Source: an uncultured Lentisphaeria bacterium
Lineage (GTDB): Bacteria > Fidelibacterota > UBA8477 > JABMPR01
Length of the DNA: 64,000 nt
Direction: 5' to 3'
Assembly: GCA_964454335.1 (NCBI GenBank)
Contig: CAYVVT010000003.1
Span: 203,316-267,315 of the forward strand
Both the position numbers and the translations under genes were made by a program. Below the pieces are notes generated by a model. That model had not been told where the DNA came from. It worked only from the letters and a program-made list of their open reading frames with translations, and made no database searches. The first letter of the stretch is position 1; each line of letters begins with the position of its first letter. This document shows positions 10,354 to 18,189 of this stretch, in pieces.

Positions 10354-10730
10354 TTGTTGTCCTCCTGCAACCATTGCATTGCTTCTGTCTCTTTGGCAAA
10401 ATGCCGTGCGTTCTTCTGATCCGCTGCCCGGGTGATAAAATTAGCAACGGTACGGACTATGACAGATGCACCCACAAAAGCCATTTTGTTAATGTTGTTT
10501 TCCCTGATAGCATTCGCGATAATCTTACGAGCCTGTGCACTGGGGGGACGGATCTCTTCGCTCAGATCGCAGAGAAAATTTACCGTCCCATGTGCAAGAC
10601 ATATTTCCTTTATCTGCTTGGCAAAGAACTCGGCGATCTCAACGTTGATATGTCCACTCACCCAGTTACGACCGACCTGCTTGGATTCATCCCACCACAT
10701 TCTGTAGTTGTCCCCTTGGCCCTCAGGCAT
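10350..10730 (-). CDS. STAS/SEC14 (SpoIIAA-like) domain protein, paralogue 4
   Basis: YRMWWDE...LCDLSEEIRPPSAQARK...MAFVGAS...RTVANFI...RHFAKETEAMQWL. Confidence 0.85.
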   Translation of the reverse strand: MPEGQGDNYRMWWDESKQVGRNWVSGHINVEIAEFFAKQIKEICLAHGTVNFLCDLSEEIRPPSAQARKIIANAIRENNINKMAFVGASVIVRTVANFITRAADQKNARHFAKETEAMQWLQEDNK

Positions 10731-11121
10731 GAGTCACCTCAGTATTTTGCCTGTCTTCCAGCCAGGTAAAGGCTTCTTCATTGGTGGCAAAGTGACGGAT
10801 ATTGGTTTTACCCGAGGCATGGGCTAAAAAATTGGCCAGGGTACGCAGCAGGATCGATGCCCCAGTAAAGATGAAGGTCCCGGAGTCCACGCTAGCCATA
10901 GCTTCGGCCAGGATCTTGCGAGCCTTCGAGGATGGCGCTTTGCCTGCATCTTTTAGATCAATAAGCCAATCAACTTCCCCGTGCTGCAGGTGCATTTCTT
11001 GAATGACGCGGGAAAATACTTCGGCATCCGGTTCAGCGAGCTGCCCGGAGACCGAGCCGCGGGCGATCTGGTGGTTCTCATCCCACCACAACCTGTAGTT
11101 TTCTCCCCTGTACTCAATCAT
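10723..11121 (-). CDS. STAS/SEC14 (SpoIIAA-like) domain protein, paralogue 3
   Basis: YRLWWDE...WLIDLKDAGKAPSSKARK...FTGAS...RTLANFL...RHFATNEEAFTWL. Likely start ATG 11121 overlaps the upstream stop. Confidence 0.85.
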   Translation of the reverse strand: MIEYRGENYRLWWDENHQIARGSVSGQLAEPDAEVFSRVIQEMHLQHGEVDWLIDLKDAGKAPSSKARKILAEAMASVDSGTFIFTGASILLRTLANFLAHASGKTNIRHFATNEEAFTWLEDRQNTEVTHA

Positions 11122-11515
11122 TTTGGTCAATCTTTGCATTTGATGTGATGAGCCAGGACAGGGCTGCTGCTTCGGAATTGAAATGACGGTAGTTTGTCTT
11201 TCCCGCAAAGCTGCTTACAAAGTTTGCTGCAACCCGTATTTGAAGTGGCGCTCCCACGTAAGCGAGCTTTCCTATGTCCATCATCCGCATGGTTTCTGCA
11301 ATCATCCTACGAACTTTTGAGCTAGGCATTTTGTACTCACTCAAGTCACTTAGCCAATCCACTTTCCCATGCTTCCGATATAATTCTATAAGGGCTTGCG
11401 TATAAGATTCTGTAGTCTTCTCATCGAGCCGTCCCCGCGCCCAGACCCTACCAAGCTGGCGGGTATCATCCCACCATATCCTGTAGTTTTCCCCTTTATA
11501 GTCAGTCGAAGCCAT
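11114..11515 (-). CDS. STAS/SEC14 (SpoIIAA-like) domain protein, paralogue 2
   Basis: YRIWWDD...WLSDLSEYKMPSSKVRR...AYVGAP...RVAANFV...RHFNSEAAALSWL. Confidence 0.85.
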   Translation of the reverse strand: MASTDYKGENYRIWWDDTRQLGRVWARGRLDEKTTESYTQALIELYRKHGKVDWLSDLSEYKMPSSKVRRMIAETMRMMDIGKLAYVGAPLQIRVAANFVSSFAGKTNYRHFNSEAAALSWLITSNAKIDQND

Positions 11516-11518
11516 GGT

Positions 11519-11887
11519 TTACCCCTCTCTCTTGAAGATCCATTCGAGTGCTGACGCTTCGGTGGTGAAATGACGTGTATGTGTTTTTCCAGTTGCCTTG
11601 CTCATAAAGTTGACCACGACCCTCACGAATGTGGAGGCTCCGAAGAAGGCGAATTTGCGGATGCTGGGATGGCCGATAGCTTCTGTCAATTTCTTCCGGG
11701 CGGGGGATGTGATACTGGTCAGCTGGGTAAGATCCACCAGCCAATCAATACCGGTCCCGCGTTCATTGGCGATCCTCTCGGTTTCTTCAACAATACCAAT
11801 GGCGTCTTCTATATCGAACAGGCTGAATGCCTGGCCCCTGGCCAGACCCAGCTCTTCATCCCACCAGATGTGGTAATTGTCTGACAT
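11519..11887 (-). CDS. STAS/SEC14 (SpoIIAA-like) domain protein, paralogue 1
   Basis: YHIWWDE...WLVDLTQLTSITSPARK...AFFGAS...RVVVNFM...RHFTTEASALEWI; TGATG overlap with the upstream REC gene. Confidence 0.85.
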   Translation of the reverse strand: MSDNYHIWWDEELGLARGQAFSLFDIEDAIGIVEETERIANERGTGIDWLVDLTQLTSITSPARKKLTEAIGHPSIRKFAFFGASTFVRVVVNFMSKATGKTHTRHFTTEASALEWIFKREG

Positions 11888-12264
11888 CAGTTCACCCGGC
11901 TTTCCTTAGCCTGGATCCCCTCCAGGTAAGTGTTCAGTTTGTGGAACTCGGTGGCCTTGTCGATGAAGAATTCAACACCGGCTGCCGTACAGCGGTCCCG
12001 ATACTGCACATAGGGATAATTAGTGAGTACGATTACAGAGGGCTTCTCCTGAACAGATTGCAGGCTATCCAGGATCTCCAGCCCATTCCCATCCCTGAGT
12101 CTCAGATCCAGGATCAATACATTCGGTCTGGTTCGATGGATCTCATCAATGGTGCCTGCAACGACTTCTGCCTGACCTACGATCTGAACATCCTTAAGAT
12201 CGCTGATCATGGAGATGACTCGCTCTCTCAGCATCTCAGAGTCGTCCACGATAAAAACCTTCAT
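11887..12264 (-). CDS. Single-domain response regulator (NarL-like REC without HTH)
   Basis: FIVDDS, LILDLRL, VIVLTN, FIDKA; 125 aa, no output domain. Confidence 0.9.
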   Translation of the reverse strand: MKVFIVDDSEMLRERVISMISDLKDVQIVGQAEVVAGTIDEIHRTRPNVLILDLRLRDGNGLEILDSLQSVQEKPSVIVLTNYPYVQYRDRCTAAGVEFFIDKATEFHKLNTYLEGIQAKESRVN

Positions 12265-12329
12265 ATGCGAGTCCCTTCAATTCTGTTCTCAATTCGGGAA
12301 AAGCATAAGCACGGAGTTGTCGAAAGTGT

Positions 12330-12418
12330 GTAGTAGCTGTATGTGTCAGCCTGTCCTAATTTTCTGAAAATGCTGTCGTAGGATTACTACAGGAGTGACC
12401 CTGCTATAGTACAGCTAC
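12330..12418. promoter_or_regulatory. Cluster of GTAG-N5-CTAC-type palindromes upstream of the REC-STAS operon (candidate response-regulator operators)
   Basis: GTAGGATTACTAC (12378-12390), ATAGTACAGCTAC (12406-12418), GTAGTAGCTGTAT (12330-12342). Confidence 0.35.
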
Positions 12419-12566
12419 AGTAGGGAGGTTATGGTGTCACCGCGAGGAGAGAAGGGCTGCTGATGAAGTCTTCAGCAGATCAGCGCGCACGAGTGCAGTC
12501 CTGAGAGACGCTGTGATCTGCGTAGCAAACCTGGCTGCAATGAGATAACTCAGTAAATGACTGACT

Positions 12567-12621
12567 AGATTGCTTCGTTATTAGGACATGCAATCGGCAT
12601 GTCCTAAATCCTCGCAATGAC
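12567..12621. repeat. Palindromic REP/RPE-like element with an internal hairpin
   Basis: AGATTGCTTCG...CCTCGCAATGAC ends enclose a perfect 11-bp stem, TTAGGACATGC-AATCG-GCATGTCCTAA (12581-12607). Confidence 0.6.
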
Positions 12622-12689
12622 AGTGCCAGGGCCAAGGCCAGATTAAGTTGGATATCGAATATCTGCTAATTGAGGAAGGTAAAAGCTGC

Positions 12690-13322
12690 CTACTCGATCA
12701 ACTTGTGCGTCACTGCGTAGCGGACCAGCTCGGCATTGTTCTCCAGGTCCAACTTTTCCAGAATCCTGCTACGATAGGTGCTCACCGTCTGAACACTGAT
12801 ATGGTGTTCAGCAGCGATCTCTTTCAAGCTCCGGCCATGAGCAAGTCCCAGTAAGACCTGGTACTCGCGCTGAGAGAGATCCTTCATCCGACTATCGTTA
12901 TTCTGATGTTCCAACGTATCAAGCATGGATTCCGCGAATCTGGATGATACATACTTATGGCCGTCCATGACCCGCACAACGGCCCGGGTGAGTTCATCTG
13001 ACAGATTATCCTTGGTGATATAGCCCCAAGCTCCATTCCGAAAAGCCTGCCGGGCATATTGCTCTTCCGGGTGCATGCTAAGCATTATAACACGGGTAGT
13101 GATATGATTTTCCCTGATATCCCTGAGGAGATCAATGCCATTCTTATCCGGCAGGGTTATGTCCAGCGAGACCATGCTCGGATGGTGGCTCTCCATGAGA
13201 TCCAGGGCCTCGGCAGCAGTGTTCGCTTCGCCAATGACCTTGACTCCCGGTATGTCTTCCAGAATGCCCCGGATACCCCGGCGAACCACCGGATGATCAT
13301 CCACGATGAGGATCGTTTCCAT
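12690..13322 (-). CDS. NarL/FixJ-family response regulator (REC + LuxR HTH)
   Basis: IVDDHPVVRRG, SLDITLP, MLSMHPE, LSQREYQVL...SVQTVSTYRSRILEKL. Confidence 0.95.
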   Translation of the reverse strand: METILIVDDHPVVRRGIRGILEDIPGVKVIGEANTAAEALDLMESHHPSMVSLDITLPDKNGIDLLRDIRENHITTRVIMLSMHPEEQYARQAFRNGAWGYITKDNLSDELTRAVVRVMDGHKYVSSRFAESMLDTLEHQNNDSRMKDLSQREYQVLLGLAHGRSLKEIAAEHHISVQTVSTYRSRILEKLDLENNAELVRYAVTHKLIE

Positions 13323-16300
13323 GGTCCTCTAATATATTCTCCACTGGTACTCTTACCATCACTCTCGTGCCCCGCCCCTCTCCCCCGGAGATCTCCAGTC
13401 TACCGTCCCAGGGTATCAGACGTTCCCTGATTCCCAGCAGGCCGATGGACAGCGGATTGCTGATCTGTTCCTCAGACATACCGACCCCATCATCACTAAC
13501 ACTCATGATCACATCTTCTCCGTCCTCTTTCAACTCCACTGTCACCGAGCTGGCCTCGGCGTGTCTGAAGACGTTGGTCATGGTCTCCTGCAGGATGCGG
13601 TAGATAGCTGTGGTGATCTCAGGATTGAACAGATCCGGATCTGCAGGAAGATCGAAGCTCACCTCAAGGTCCCTTCGATCGGCTATTCCCGATAAATACC
13701 ATTCCATAGCTGGAATAAGACCGAGATCATCCAGGATACCTGGCCGGAGATAGGCTGATAATTGCTGCACACGTGTGCTGGTTGTTTTAACCAGGTCTAC
13801 CAGTTCATCGAATTCCTTGATCTGTGCTTCAGAGTCCTGGGGCAGGTGCTTTCTCAATCTGTTCAGGTCCATCCCGATGGCTGTGAGGGATTGCCCCAGG
13901 TCATCATGGATATCCCGGGATAATCTTGCACGTTCCTCTTCCTGGATGGACTCAAGTCTACGTGATAAGAGCCGTAGTTGGTCGTGGGATTGTTCCAGTT
14001 GCTGCTGAGCTTGCTTTCGCTCACTGATATCATGCATGGCATTCAGGAGCTGTCGTGAACCACCCTCGCCGCTTAGGGTAATGGAATCCATGGATATCCA
14101 TATAGGGGTGCCATCTTTGCGGGAAAGCTGGACTTCGTAATCCCTCACTGGTCCCTCACTGGCAGTCTGCCAATATCGTTCTCTGTCTCCAGGATTGACC
14201 CAATGCTCAGTAGCAGTTGCTGCCAATAATTCCTCTTTTGTGTCATAGCCCAGAATGTTCAACAGAGCTGGATTCGACTCTAATATTTCTCCAGTATAGC
14301 TTGTCACAGATACCCCGGTGGGGAGGCCTTGGATCAGGTTCCTGAATCTTGCTTCTGACTCTTCCAGTGCTGTTGTCGTTTGCCTGAGATCCGTGATATC
14401 CTTTGAGTTCACCCAGATGTGTGTGAGCAAGCCATCTTCTATTACACCAAACCAGTTTTCTAAAGAAACCAGCCAACTGCCATCACGCAGATACACTTCT
14501 ATTTCATGGTTGTGAAAGCGATAGTCATTTTCAATGAATTCTCTTAATACCTTGACATACTGGTCCGTCACCGTCAGTTCGCCTAGTGACTTACCAACAA
14601 AGGAATCCCTGCTTTTAGCTCCCACTCTTCTCCAACTTGCCTTGTTAGCATCTAGACAAATGGATTGCAAGAGCAGGTCCACCTGTTGCTCAACAGGTAG
14701 ATCGGATCTCAAGCCATCAGGCATCTTCCAGTACGACACCTCATCTGTAGAGGCGTTGATGAACTCGGTATACTGCATCTGTGTTTGGCGAAGTTCTTTC
14801 TCTATCAGTTTACGCTCGGTGATATCTGTAAAGACTCCATAGGCGTATGATACGTCGTCCACTTCCTGAATGAAATTTGCTCTATCGTTGAGCCAGATCC
14901 ATTTTCCATCCTTTCTCTGGATCCGGTATTCGACATGCATGGGACGCCCCTCAGCGAACAACTTTTGATAATCTTCCTGAAGCAGGTCAAGGTCGTCAGG
15001 ATGGATCCTGCCAAGCCATAGTTCACTGCCAGCTGACAAGATCTCCTCTTCTGTATAACCGTAGATATCCTTCACATTTGAAGAGATAAAAGTCGTTCTT
15101 CCCTGTGCGTCGGACCTCCAGACCACGGATGGCAGGTGGTCCAGCATGGTCCTTGTCTGGGTCTCGCTATCACTGAGCTGTTTCTCGGCGATTTTTAGCT
15201 CCGTAATATCTTTGCCAGTGGCCCATATGTGGGTTAGCCTTCCATCTTCAACGGCGCCATACCATGTATCCAGGCTATGGTATTCCCGATCAGCTTCCAA
15301 TAGTTCCCAATGGATATAATCAACCAGTGCATAATCATTCTTGATGAACTCAGTGAATAGTTCATCTGAGTTCTTGCTCCGTAAAAGTTCCTGGTACTGC
15401 TTTCCAATAACCTCTTCCTTGTCATTAAATCCTAACTTTTCCCAGCCGGCCTTATTCGAATCGATCAAGACGATATCATATAGCAGCTTGACCTGTTCAT
15501 TCACCGGCAGGTCCGTTTTAAGACCATCCGGTACTTTCCAGTAGGTTACTTCGTCAAAAGAGGAGTTAATGAAGTCCGTATAGTGAAGCTGTGTGGTACG
15601 CAGTTCCGCTTCCATCTGCCTGCGCTCGGTAATATCCCGACTGACACCTACAATGCCTAAGACCTGTCCCTGTTTATCGCAAAAGGGGAATTTCGAATTT
15701 TCCAGGGATCGCTCGTTTCCATCTTTATCCAGCCAGTAACCTGAAATTTCTATCTCAGGTTCTTGAGTCTCAAGGATCTTATCTTCATCCTGATGATATT
15801 GCTCGGCTTCATCTTTTGGATAGTTATCAAGATCAGTTCCACCTATCAATTGCCCCGGATCATCCAATCCGTACCTGTGGGCAAATTCCTGGTTACCGAT
15901 GATGTACCTGTGGTCAGTGTCCTTGGCGTAAAGTACAACAGGTAAAGCATCAATAAGTGCCCGCATCAGATTGTGCTGATATTCCAGTTCGTTCTCAGTT
16001 TGTTTACGCTGAGTGATATCAATTCCTACACCAAAGAATTCCCGGTTCTCAGCATCCGGATCTTCGATGGGGCAACCGTGCCACTCCACAAGCAATTGCT
16101 GACGGTCACGGGTGAGAATATGATTCTCATTGACGGTCATTTCCGGATAATCAGTGAGTTTCTTAAAAGTATCACGAAGATCATCGTGTTCATCTGCAGG
16201 AACGAAGAGCTGGAGATAATCCTTACCGATCACCTCCTCTTCAGAGTATCCCAGGGAATCCAGCATCAATTGGTTCATCATGATCACTTTGCCCGATGCA

Positions 16301-17589
16301 TCGACGATTACGAAAAACGCTGGGGCGGTTTCGATGAGCCGTTGGCTGAAATCCCGTTCCTGTTGAAGCGCCTGTCGAGCTTCCTTGCTGGTGGTGATAT
16401 CCTGTATCTGAACAACATTGTAGAGTATACTCTCATCCTCCGCCAGGACCGGACTGACGGTGGTTAGGCTCCAGATGATCTCCTTTTTTCTGGTGACATA
16501 CCTTTTTTCCAGCGAAAATGGTTTCTTCTCCCTCTGATATGTGGCATACATCTCAGCACTGATCTCATGGTCATCCGGATGCGTAAGATCCAGAAAGCTT
16601 AGATTTTTAATTTGCTCATATGAATATCCAAGCATCTCGCTACCAGCTTCATTTATGGATATAAATTTTCCGGAACTGTCTGTCAGCATTATGCCGATGG
16701 CCGAGGATTCAAAGATGGAACGGAATTTTGCTTCACTATCCCTGAGTCTTTCTTCGGTTTGGACGCGCGCGGTGATATCCTCACCTGAACTCAATGTTCC
16801 TGTGATATTCCCTTTCGCGTCCTTTAAGATCGAATTATGCCAGGCAATGATCTTTTCTTCACCATCCTTCGTTACGACGGCATTCTCAAAGTATTGAGTT
16901 GCTTCTAGTTCTGCTGCCATCACTTGATTAAATACACTTCTAACCTCCCTTTTCATGCGTGCCGGGATAAAATGATCGATCCAATCCTTACCGTTGATCT
17001 CTTCCTGGTCATAGCCAAGGATCTCACTGCCCTTCTGGTTCAACAGAGTCACCTTGCCTTCAGTATCAAGCGCTATTAAAATTACACCTGCAATATCCAG
17101 GTATTGTTGTGCCTTGTCCCTTTCCTCTGTAAGCGCCCCTGCTACCTGTCTGCGCGTAGTGATATCTCGTCCAATTGAAACAAAGTATTTCGGTATTCCC
17201 TCTTTATCCTTAATAGTGGATACGTCATACTCAGTGGGAACCTTGCTGCCATCCTTGCAGATCAGGTCCAGTTCGATCCTGCCAGTTCCTTTTGATAATA
17301 CCGCTTCCATGAAGGGTATCGCCCGCTCCAGATCTTCCGGGCTGTAATAAGAAGCTGGGGCTGGTAGCCTGGCGATCTCTTCGTCACTGTAACCTGTTAT
17401 GTCTTTAAAGGCTTGATTCCAGCGTAGAGCTTTAGCACTCGCTGGGTCAAAAAGGAAAAAGGTGTCACGCTGGGCATCCAGAGCCAATTTGAGGAATGCC
17501 ATCTCATTGAGATTTTGCTCTTCTGCTTGTTTGCGCTCGGTGGATTCCTGATGACGTACATCTTTATTATGAGGCTTTGGCGTGCTCAT
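13297..17589 (-). CDS. Cytoplasmic sensor histidine kinase, PAS x9 + HisKA_3 + HATPase (NarX/UhpB-like core)
   Basis: QEEERARLSRDIHDDLGQSLT, LRPGILDDLGL, YRILQETMTNVFRHA, SDDGVG, GLLGIRER; nine PAS/PAC units counted. Likely start at 17589 after AAGGAG. Confidence 0.93.
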   Translation of the reverse strand: MSTPKPHNKDVRHQESTERKQAEEQNLNEMAFLKLALDAQRDTFFLFDPASAKALRWNQAFKDITGYSDEEIARLPAPASYYSPEDLERAIPFMEAVLSKGTGRIELDLICKDGSKVPTEYDVSTIKDKEGIPKYFVSIGRDITTRRQVAGALTEERDKAQQYLDIAGVILIALDTEGKVTLLNQKGSEILGYDQEEINGKDWIDHFIPARMKREVRSVFNQVMAAELEATQYFENAVVTKDGEEKIIAWHNSILKDAKGNITGTLSSGEDITARVQTEERLRDSEAKFRSIFESSAIGIMLTDSSGKFISINEAGSEMLGYSYEQIKNLSFLDLTHPDDHEISAEMYATYQREKKPFSLEKRYVTRKKEIIWSLTTVSPVLAEDESILYNVVQIQDITTSKEARQALQQERDFSQRLIETAPAFFVIVDASGKVIMMNQLMLDSLGYSEEEVIGKDYLQLFVPADEHDDLRDTFKKLTDYPEMTVNENHILTRDRQQLLVEWHGCPIEDPDAENREFFGVGIDITQRKQTENELEYQHNLMRALIDALPVVLYAKDTDHRYIIGNQEFAHRYGLDDPGQLIGGTDLDNYPKDEAEQYHQDEDKILETQEPEIEISGYWLDKDGNERSLENSKFPFCDKQGQVLGIVGVSRDITERRQMEAELRTTQLHYTDFINSSFDEVTYWKVPDGLKTDLPVNEQVKLLYDIVLIDSNKAGWEKLGFNDKEEVIGKQYQELLRSKNSDELFTEFIKNDYALVDYIHWELLEADREYHSLDTWYGAVEDGRLTHIWATGKDITELKIAEKQLSDSETQTRTMLDHLPSVVWRSDAQGRTTFISSNVKDIYGYTEEEILSAGSELWLGRIHPDDLDLLQEDYQKLFAEGRPMHVEYRIQRKDGKWIWLNDRANFIQEVDDVSYAYGVFTDITERKLIEKELRQTQMQYTEFINASTDEVSYWKMPDGLRSDLPVEQQVDLLLQSICLDANKASWRRVGAKSRDSFVGKSLGELTVTDQYVKVLREFIENDYRFHNHEIEVYLRDGSWLVSLENWFGVIEDGLLTHIWVNSKDITDLRQTTTALEESEARFRNLIQGLPTGVSVTSYTGEILESNPALLNILGYDTKEELLAATATEHWVNPGDRERYWQTASEGPVRDYEVQLSRKDGTPIWISMDSITLSGEGGSRQLLNAMHDISERKQAQQQLEQSHDQLRLLSRRLESIQEEERARLSRDIHDDLGQSLTAIGMDLNRLRKHLPQDSEAQIKEFDELVDLVKTTSTRVQQLSAYLRPGILDDLGLIPAMEWYLSGIADRRDLEVSFDLPADPDLFNPEITTAIYRILQETMTNVFRHAEASSVTVELKEDGEDVIMSVSDDGVGMSEEQISNPLSIGLLGIRERLIPWDGRLEISGGEGRGTRVMVRVPVENILEDHGNDPHRG

Positions 17590-17885
17590 ACTCCATCTCC
17601 TTAATTGACAAGAGTGTGGATGAATACAGGACATTCATCAGAATCAATAGCTTATAACTTGAAAATATAAATGCGGTGGTACAGGATTACCTAAGAAGAA
17701 GAGGAAAATACTGAATGCAGGAACCACTTTGACAGGTCTCTGCTCTACTTGAGGTATTGGATCATCGCTGACATGGAAGCTCCAGTACTGAAAAATAGAA
17801 TGATCTGGAGTCGCGCCTGATGTGGAGAATTCTGATACTTCAAATCCTCTAGGACACCTTCAGCAAAAATCGATGAGACACCACG

Positions 17886-17912
17886 GTAACACACTGATAA
17901 ACAGTTAGTTAC
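17886..17912. repeat. 27-bp palindromic intergenic motif, copy 2
   Basis: GTAACACACTGATAAACAGTTAGTTAC = GTAAC-N3-CTG-N5-CAG-N3-GTTAC, followed by AAAATA. Confidence 0.6.
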
Positions 17913-18189
17913 AAAATATGCCGTAATACCACGGATCAGAAGGTGTCGCAAAGAACCACATAAAAACGTGGCTTTTTGCTTACAGAAGAATCCTCACCAG
18001 AAAACCGGATTCATCAGTGCCATTCCATTGAATGTCGCAGTGGCCCGGTGGTTGCTTGTTAGAATGACTTGACAATGTCTGGAATCTCTTCGGTCTGGCA
18101 GCAATGTATATTGACCCATTCAGGATCAGAGTACCTGCTTAGGAATCCTTATCATTCTGACTTACCTTTCGATCAGAGAAAGCAATATC

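Noticed and set aside
10350-11887. STAS array as DGR, integron-cassette or CRISPR-like repeats
   Set aside because: Similarity is at protein level only, the genes overlap with no attC or spacer structure, and there is no reverse transcriptase or integrase in the window.
17745-17951. 68-aa minus-strand ORF between the kinase and the phosphatase
   Set aside because: Non-ATG start, no clear RBS, no motif, and it overlaps the palindromic site; likely a spurious ORF in a divergent promoter region.
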